A program made the position numbers and the translations under genes. A stretch of DNA of 63,828 nt from the IMG/VR virus record IMGVR_UViG_3300020044_005158, positions 1-63,828 of that record, one strand, 5' to 3'. This document shows, piece by piece, positions 57,247 to 63,828 of the stretch (positions are counted from its first letter, which is position 1; every line of letters begins with the position of its first letter). The notes beneath the pieces are model-generated. The model was not told where the DNA came from, ran no database searches, and saw nothing but the letters and a program-made list of their open reading frames with translations. The DNA comes from a virus (taxonomy: Duplodnaviria > Caudoviricetes).

Positions 57247-58125
57247 ATGACAGATCAGCAGTACTATCAAAATTCAGCCAACTGGGGAAGTTATCAGTAT
57301 GTGACACTAGATGAGTTGGTTAATAACTACATGTTGATTAACGTTGGTGACGATCAGTTGATTAGCAATATCAGACGATACAAGGCATTGTTCTATGCAA
57401 AGGAGGCGGTAAAAGAGATGAGCTTTGATACGTCAAGAGAGGCAAAGTCTATAGAGTATATAGTTGGAAGTGACTTAAAGATGATACTACCACATGACTA
57501 CGTAAACTATGTTAAGTTATCATTAGAGATTAATGGAATACTGTTACCTATGTCAGAGAGTTTATCTAGAATATCAACTCCTGCATACGTTCAAGACGCT
57601 AACAATGATCTAACATTTGATATAAATGGTAATGTTATTACGGGTCAGTCCGAGCTTGACATCAGACGTCTTGACCAGTCTCTATACTCTGGACCCGGAG
57701 TCTATAACAATTGCATGGGCTGGTGTTTCGGTGGTAATTGGTACTTCGACGGGCAAGCTGGCGGTCGTTTTGGACTTGAGACAGACAGAGCGAATGCCAA
57801 CGGAACTTTCACCATCAACAAACGATCAGGGGTTATAGACTTTGCAAATAACATTACAGGTCAAAGAGTTGTTCTTGAGTACATATCTGATGGATTAGAG
57901 GTAGACGATTCAGAGGTTAGGATACACAAGATGGCTGAGAAGTATGTGTACGCATACATCACTTGGTGCATACTTGACAGCAAGGTTAATATCCAAGAGT
58001 ACATCGTTCGACGAGCTAGAGATAAGAAATCATCACTACTTAGAAATCTAAAGATTAGACTAAGTAACATCAAGGCAGGCAACTTATTGATGATAATGAG
58101 AGGACAAAATAAACAAATCAAGTAA
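57247..58125 (+). CDS. Tail ring/tubular protein
   Basis: LP.DYVNYV, LEYISDGL, KIRLSN. Confidence 0.7.
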   Translation: MTDQQYYQNSANWGSYQYVTLDELVNNYMLINVGDDQLISNIRRYKALFYAKEAVKEMSFDTSREAKSIEYIVGSDLKMILPHDYVNYVKLSLEINGILLPMSESLSRISTPAYVQDANNDLTFDINGNVITGQSELDIRRLDQSLYSGPGVYNNCMGWCFGGNWYFDGQAGGRFGLETDRANANGTFTINKRSGVIDFANNITGQRVVLEYISDGLEVDDSEVRIHKMAEKYVYAYITWCILDSKVNIQEYIVRRARDKKSSLLRNLKIRLSNIKAGNLLMIMRGQNKQIK

Positions 58126-61100
58126 TGGCAGAACTTAAGAATACATTTATACAAGGAGTAATGAACAAAGACCTTGATGAGCGACTTGTGCCTCAAGGTC
58201 AATACAGAGATGCCCAAAACATAACTGTAGAGACATCTACCGGATCAAATGTAGGAGCTGCACAGAACTCAATAGGGAATACAATAGCGGCTAACATAGC
58301 TACTGTATCAGGTAGAAACGCAACAGACGCTAGAACGATAGGATCTGTGACGTATGAGGCTGGAGGTTTATTGTACTGGTTTGTTGCTGGAGACTTCTTT
58401 GATGGAATCTATGAGTACGACGAGAACACAGGCACAACTGTTCGTGTGTTACAGTCAAACAAGGCAAACGAATCAGCTCAATCAAAACTTAATTTCAAGA
58501 AGGAATACTTAATTACTGGAGTAAATCATATCATTGGTCCAGACGGGAATACGTTCTTGTATTGGACTGACGACTATAACCCTCCACGAAGAATAAACAT
58601 AAAAAGAGTAAAGGCAGGAGCTAACGGTATCGGTGGATATAACATTGATGATGCACGAATTGACGATGACATTAATGTGATCCTTAATCCTCCAATGTAT
58701 GCACCTCATATTGATCCATTCTTGGATTCATCCGATCCAGAGGCAAACAACATGGAGGAGAAATTCCTTTATTTTGCGTATAGATACCTATACTTAGATA
58801 ATCAGTACAGCTCATTATCTCCATTTTCGGCAGTATCATTCATGCCTGATGAATATAATTTTGACTACGGGGTAGGAAATAATAAGTCAATGACGAATAT
58901 TTACAACGCATGCAGGGTTTCATTTGAGACAGGTAATGAGTTTGTAAAGGCTATTCAATTGGTAGTTAGAGACACTAGAAGCATAAATGTTGGTATTGTA
59001 GATACATATGAAAAAGATAACTTACCGGGATTTACAAATGGAGACTCTGCTACTGTTACATTTAAAAATAATAAGGTTTTAGCAGCACTTCCTACGGATC
59101 AGGTAACTAGATTATTTGACAATGTTCCATTACTAGCTAAGGCTCAAGACGTAATAGGTAACAGGTTGGCTTATGGAAACTACGAACAGTTTAGAGATAT
59201 AATTGATTGCAATGGGGATAATATAAATATCAATTTTGCATTGGCTATAAAACAGCCTACATTATTGCCTACAATTCTTAATCCAATGTCTACTTGGAGA
59301 TCAGATAGAGATCTTGAGTTTGCGTTGTTATACTCTGATGAGTATGGAAGACTTACGACTGCACTTACGTGTGACACTAACGCTATTTATATACCGCCAG
59401 CAAATTCGACTTCGGCTAATCAGTTGCTTCTAAGAATTAATCACACAGCTCCATGTTGGGCGACAAACTATAGAATAGCATTAAAGCAAAGTCAGAGTAA
59501 TATATATAATATATTTCCAATAATTTACTATGTAAGTGGGGCATATAGATATTTCTTGATTAATGACTCAGATGTAGACAAGGTAAAGGTTGGTGAATAC
59601 ATTATATTCAAATCAGAACCTGACGGACCCACTCAGTCAAACAAGAAATACAAGATACTAGAGCTAGAGTCAAAGAATGCTGGAGCAATTATATCTGGAT
59701 CTATACCGGGTGTATATTTTAAAATAAAGGTTGACTCACTATCTCAATTTTCTCCGGGCGCTGTTACGACTACAATTATTGAGTCTACTGGTTGGGGAGC
59801 TGGAGCTGGATTAATGCCAGTGTTGGGTAGATACGCAACTGTTGAACAGCCTATACATTATGGAGATGGAGATGCATCAGCATTACAATCAATAGCAACT
59901 CCATTAAATACTTCAGGAAGTTTACTTGGAGGAATTATAATAGATACTAGATTTACTATAGAGATATTAAACAATAACCAATTCAAATATACTAGATACT
60001 TAGATGGATCTGGAGGATGGTCTAATGCCGCTGATATAGTTCAAGGAGCAACAGTGACTTTAAATAGAGATGGAATACCTATTGCTCAAGTTATTTTTAC
60101 TCAATCAAACTATACAACTGGTGATGTATGGAAAGTAAATGTTAGAGGTAATATACATTTAAATGGTAATTACTTTGGAGGTGTTGGACTGCCTAACGGA
60201 AATTACAATCCGGGTCAATACGGAGGTGGTGCAATTGTAAATGCAGGATTTACAGATCCAATATATCCGGGTGCAGTAATAAGTCTTCAAATAGTTGAAG
60301 ATTCTCTTAATTCAGTACAGCAATCTCCAGTACAGCAATTTGATCCATCTAGCTCATATTATGAAAATATAGAGGAATGGTTTGTTGAGTCTGGGGCGTA
60401 TCTTGAGTTTAATCAGTACGATACTAATGGTATAAATATAAAATCAAGAGGAGTTAGTTTTAGAAAAGGTTCAGGTACGTATAACTCTGTTCAATCTCCA
60501 GATGGTAATACTCAATTAGTTGTTACTCAAAATTCTGGATCAGCAACTATGTATATGATTATACAAGGATTTGGATACGATGATAATAACAACGAAAATA
60601 AGATAACAGTTAAGTTCTCAATAGCACAAACTGATACTCCATTACTTTGCGAGACATCACCAAAAAATACAGACGCTGATATATTTCATGAGCTATCTCA
60701 GACGTATCCAATAGATCAGAATGGAAATCATATTGTAACTTGGAAGTTTGATGTTTCATCATTAGGATATGCTGGATTAGCTGCAAAGACAAGACTAAGA
60801 TTATCTGATAAGTCTAGACCACACTACTTTACTGTAGGTGATATCGTAACTGTTGCAGGTACTGACTATGAGATATTACAAACTAGAGATAGATATCAAA
60901 TGGTAATAGACAAGACTTGGACTGGATCAGTAGCTGCAGGACCTGTTATATTATCAGGGTCATCCAATCAAGATCAGAACGGATCATTTACTCCAGCCGT
61001 TATTGAGTTGAATACTCCAGCAAATCCAAACTGCGACTATAATGCTTGGGCATGGGGAAATGGATTAGAGTCTGATCGTATTTATGATGACTTTAATCAG

Positions 61101-62015
61101 ACAACTATTGAATACTCTCCAAGAGCCACTACAGTAATTGATAACTACAAGAAAATTAGAAATGATGCATCAATTTGCTACAGTGGGATATACAATGAGA
61201 ACACACAGTATAACCGACTGAATGAATTCAATTTAAGCCTTGCTAACTTCAAGTACTTAGATAGAGAATTCGCAAGCATTCAAAAACTTCATGCAAGAGA
61301 TACAGACCTTAGAGTATTCCAAGAGAAAAAGGTTTCAAGGGTGCTGTATGGTAAGAACGTATTGTTTGACTCAGTTGGAGGAGGGCAGGTGGCATCTATT
61401 CCTGAAGTACTTGGAAATCAAATACCAATGCAGTATGAGTACGGGATAAGTAATGCCCCAGAGTCATTCTCTACATGGGGAGACTTGATGTGGTTTGCAG
61501 ACCCTAGAAACGGTGTGGTAATACAAATGGAGGGAGATACAATGGTTGAGGTATCGTCTTTAGGAATGAGAGATTACTTCAGAGACTTGATGAGTGACAA
61601 TCCATTCACTCAGAAGTTAGGTGCATACGATCCATTCAATCATGTGTACATGATTAGTAATAACTCTCAAAGGTCTATACCGTGTGAGCTTTCTATAAGC
61701 AGAAACTCATTGAGTGTATCTAAGGATAATTTAGGATACCTATTGTTCTCTATAAATACTGACTCTCCTTGGACGATAACGGCTGTAAATATTGGATTCG
61801 GAATTAACTGGATAGGTAACTTCGCAACGTCTGGATCTGGATCTCAAAACATATATGGAACTGTGGCTGCAAATAATACTTCAATAAATAGAGAAGTTGA
61901 ACTTAGAGTTACATACTGTGATGGACTTACTGAGTCGTTTATTCTAACTCAAGCTAGAGGTAGAAAGGGGACAATAATAACACTAGTACTAAACGCTGAA
62001 AGACCTAAAAAATAA
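58125..62015 (+). CDS. Tail stabilisation/nozzle protein with C-terminal BACON-like segment
   Basis: MNKDLDERL.P.GQYRDA.N, WTD..NPPR.IN, NRL.YGNY, NGLESDRI.DD.N, GIS..PESF. Confidence 0.75.
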   Translation: MAELKNTFIQGVMNKDLDERLVPQGQYRDAQNITVETSTGSNVGAAQNSIGNTIAANIATVSGRNATDARTIGSVTYEAGGLLYWFVAGDFFDGIYEYDENTGTTVRVLQSNKANESAQSKLNFKKEYLITGVNHIIGPDGNTFLYWTDDYNPPRRINIKRVKAGANGIGGYNIDDARIDDDINVILNPPMYAPHIDPFLDSSDPEANNMEEKFLYFAYRYLYLDNQYSSLSPFSAVSFMPDEYNFDYGVGNNKSMTNIYNACRVSFETGNEFVKAIQLVVRDTRSINVGIVDTYEKDNLPGFTNGDSATVTFKNNKVLAALPTDQVTRLFDNVPLLAKAQDVIGNRLAYGNYEQFRDIIDCNGDNININFALAIKQPTLLPTILNPMSTWRSDRDLEFALLYSDEYGRLTTALTCDTNAIYIPPANSTSANQLLLRINHTAPCWATNYRIALKQSQSNIYNIFPIIYYVSGAYRYFLINDSDVDKVKVGEYIIFKSEPDGPTQSNKKYKILELESKNAGAIISGSIPGVYFKIKVDSLSQFSPGAVTTTIIESTGWGAGAGLMPVLGRYATVEQPIHYGDGDASALQSIATPLNTSGSLLGGIIIDTRFTIEILNNNQFKYTRYLDGSGGWSNAADIVQGATVTLNRDGIPIAQVIFTQSNYTTGDVWKVNVRGNIHLNGNYFGGVGLPNGNYNPGQYGGGAIVNAGFTDPIYPGAVISLQIVEDSLNSVQQSPVQQFDPSSSYYENIEEWFVESGAYLEFNQYDTNGINIKSRGVSFRKGSGTYNSVQSPDGNTQLVVTQNSGSATMYMIIQGFGYDDNNNENKITVKFSIAQTDTPLLCETSPKNTDADIFHELSQTYPIDQNGNHIVTWKFDVSSLGYAGLAAKTRLRLSDKSRPHYFTVGDIVTVAGTDYEILQTRDRYQMVIDKTWTGSVAAGPVILSGSSNQDQNGSFTPAVIELNTPANPNCDYNAWAWGNGLESDRIYDDFNQTTIEYSPRATTVIDNYKKIRNDASICYSGIYNENTQYNRLNEFNLSLANFKYLDREFASIQKLHARDTDLRVFQEKKVSRVLYGKNVLFDSVGGGQVASIPEVLGNQIPMQYEYGISNAPESFSTWGDLMWFADPRNGVVIQMEGDTMVEVSSLGMRDYFRDLMSDNPFTQKLGAYDPFNHVYMISNNSQRSIPCELSISRNSLSVSKDNLGYLLFSINTDSPWTITAVNIGFGINWIGNFATSGSGSQNIYGTVAANNTSINREVELRVTYCDGLTESFILTQARGRKGTIITLVLNAERPKK

Positions 62016-62018
62016 AAT

Positions 62019-63828
62019 ATGCAATCAAATCAATCATTCTCTCCTGATGGAGTCACTTATTATCAAATAGATAGAATCAATCTGTCTGACTCTGGCGTAT
62101 CTTTGTTTGACTCTAGAAACGGCATAGGTGGAGTTGACTATATGCCTGCAGATGGTGACACAGTATATGTAATCGCTGGAAATGGAGTAAATAAAATAGA
62201 TCAGAAGCTACAACCGGGATTAAACAATAAGGTGTACTACCTAGTGTCTGATATTCAATATGTTGCATCAGATAGATCTACAATCGTGTCTTTAGCTACA
62301 GAGATACCAGTGGTGTATAGTGCTACAGATGGAGGAAGATATGAGGGTACATTTGTATTCTCAAATCCTGATGATCTTCCGTTCTTGTATGTTATATGGG
62401 ATTATTCAGATAATCTAGATAGCGGAGTTGTATCTTACCTAGGTGCAGGTTCAGAACGAATTATTGATTGCGACTTTGGAACTGATTTAGGTAGAGCTGG
62501 AATTGATTATGTGATCCCTGACAAGCCAACTAGAGTTCAGATAGAATGGAATGGCGTAATAGTAGCAGACACTAAGTACGTAGGATTGAATTCTAATGCC
62601 AACTATCTAGCACTAATTGCTGACGGCATAAGTCCAGAAGACATAGGACTAGTGGCTCCATATGACGGATTAGTAAATAACGGAACTGGACAATTAAGAT
62701 TCAGTAAGCACCTATCTACTGGGGTATCTAATGTATATGCTACAACTATATCTACCAACACATCATTCTTCTTAGAGAGAATAGATCCTACGTTCACTTC
62801 TTTTTATATAGACTCAGCTGTTGGAACACTATCTAATGTTTGTTCTCAAGTAGCAGATGAGTTATATTTCCATGACGGAGTTGCATTACTTCCAACAACA
62901 GGAGATAGAATATACAGGCTAGAGAACGGAGAGTACATATTATTTGATGGTGGTGGTGCTTACTATCAGACATCAGTAACGTCATTACTTGTACCACCTG
63001 TTTCTGGAGGTACGTATATTGGCGTGGCATCTGACGGGGCTGTATTTGCTAATGGGGGATGTGACTGCAATGAGTTTGCTCCACCGTTTATACATCAAGA
63101 AGACTTATCACTTCTGGTTGGAAGAAATGTTAACATTCAATTACTAGCAACTGGAAATCCTACGTCTTGGGAGATAGTAAATGCAACATGCAATACATAC
63201 GAGCTAACGGGTGGTGATACCGGAACAATATTTAGTTACACAACATGCGATAATCAAGCGAAGAAGGTAACTGTAAGTGCAAACACTACGTCTTTAATAT
63301 CTTCTTCAACAACACCTTCAATTATCGGAGGACCCGGAGCGCAGACACTTGTTGGACCTTCTCAGGCTGACATACTTCCTGCAGGGATAACATTAAGTGA
63401 TACGGGAAGTATTTCAGGAACTCCTACAGACAGTTGTACGTTCACGTTTGACGTTCAGGCATCTAACTGTTTTGGAGATTCAGTAGTTAAGTCTCTTACG
63501 GTAACGGTAGGAACTGACATTCAACTGAAGCCATTCTTAATTGACGTAGAGAACTTTGCTGATACTGGGGACGCTGCATGTGTTCTAAGCACTCCACTTT
63601 ACTCAATAATGTATCATGACGGAGCTGGATACGTGCCAACAGAAGGTGATCACGTATTCAAGGATGACAAGGGACTAGAGCCATTTATGGGTGGAGGACT
63701 TTGGTATAGCATTGACCCTGCGACATACTCTATAAAACTAAACGAGTTAGGAAAGGTATGCAGTAAGAACGAGTGTCCTACATCAACAACTACTACTACA
63801 ACTACAACCACTACTACAACTACAACTA
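62019..63828 (+). CDS. 5' part of tail fibre/appendage protein continuing across the junction to 1185 (~957 aa joined); contains He_PIG-like Ig domain
   Basis: ATG at 62019, no stop reported before the window end, in frame with 1..1185; LPAGITLSDTGSISGTPT motif. Confidence 0.8.
   Translation, partial: MQSNQSFSPDGVTYYQIDRINLSDSGVSLFDSRNGIGGVDYMPADGDTVYVIAGNGVNKIDQKLQPGLNNKVYYLVSDIQYVASDRSTIVSLATEIPVVYSATDGGRYEGTFVFSNPDDLPFLYVIWDYSDNLDSGVVSYLGAGSERIIDCDFGTDLGRAGIDYVIPDKPTRVQIEWNGVIVADTKYVGLNSNANYLALIADGISPEDIGLVAPYDGLVNNGTGQLRFSKHLSTGVSNVYATTISTNTSFFLERIDPTFTSFYIDSAVGTLSNVCSQVADELYFHDGVALLPTTGDRIYRLENGEYILFDGGGAYYQTSVTSLLVPPVSGGTYIGVASDGAVFANGGCDCNEFAPPFIHQEDLSLLVGRNVNIQLLATGNPTSWEIVNATCNTYELTGGDTGTIFSYTTCDNQAKKVTVSANTTSLISSSTTPSIIGGPGAQTLVGPSQADILPAGITLSDTGSISGTPTDSCTFTFDVQASNCFGDSVVKSLTVTVGTDIQLKPFLIDVENFADTGDAACVLSTPLYSIMYHDGAGYVPTEGDHVFKDDKGLEPFMGGGLWYSIDPATYSIKLNELGKVCSKNECPTSTTTTTTTTTTTTTT

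Noticed and set aside
62001-62021. ACCTAAAAAA-stop (also at 44133) as a shared recoding signal
   Set aside because: Better explained as A-rich translation initiation regions for the next ATG; TAA read-through is unlikely
63708-63828. Terminal repeat as a biological DTR
   Set aside because: It falls mid-gene in a low-complexity Thr tract and has the size of an assembler k-mer overlap
1-63828. Stop-codon reassignment as in some crAss-like phages
   Set aside because: Long genes are intact in the standard code, TAG and TGA end genes at tight junctions, and there is no suppressor tRNA

Overview
Apparently a complete, circularly assembled genome (63,707 bp plus a 121-bp assembly overlap, 1-121 = 63708-63828) of a podovirus-like dsDNA phage. 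The host is probably in Bacteroidota: TAnnTTTG -7 promoter boxes, AT-rich Shine-Dalgarno-less leaders, a DUF3127 SSB and a BT4734-type primase. The layout resembles GroEL-encoding Flavobacteria phages of the Cellulophaga phi38:1 kind. The + arm (35.1 kb through the junction to 14.85 kb) carries GroEL/GroES, fibres, lysis genes, terminase, portal, capsid, tail and ejection proteins. The - arm (33.6 kb to 15 kb) carries early genes, a tRNA and replication/recombination genes. I saw no DNA polymerase, RNA polymerase or integrase. The strongest signals lie outside the ORF track: (1) a mucin-like poly-Thr tail fibre coupled to a GT95/GT96-like protein O-glycosyltransferase; (2) a type III hammerhead ribozyme ending a ~470-nt structured leader of the early operon; (3) a canonical XerC/XerD dif site; (4) two mutually inverted iteron/AT-core elements ~5.7 kb apart; (5) a small basic gene nested in the +1 frame of the giant ejection gene, plus an A10 slippery site in the same gene; (6) a stand-alone structured ncRNA with its own promoter and terminator. 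All family assignments come from motifs recognised by eye; no searches were run.
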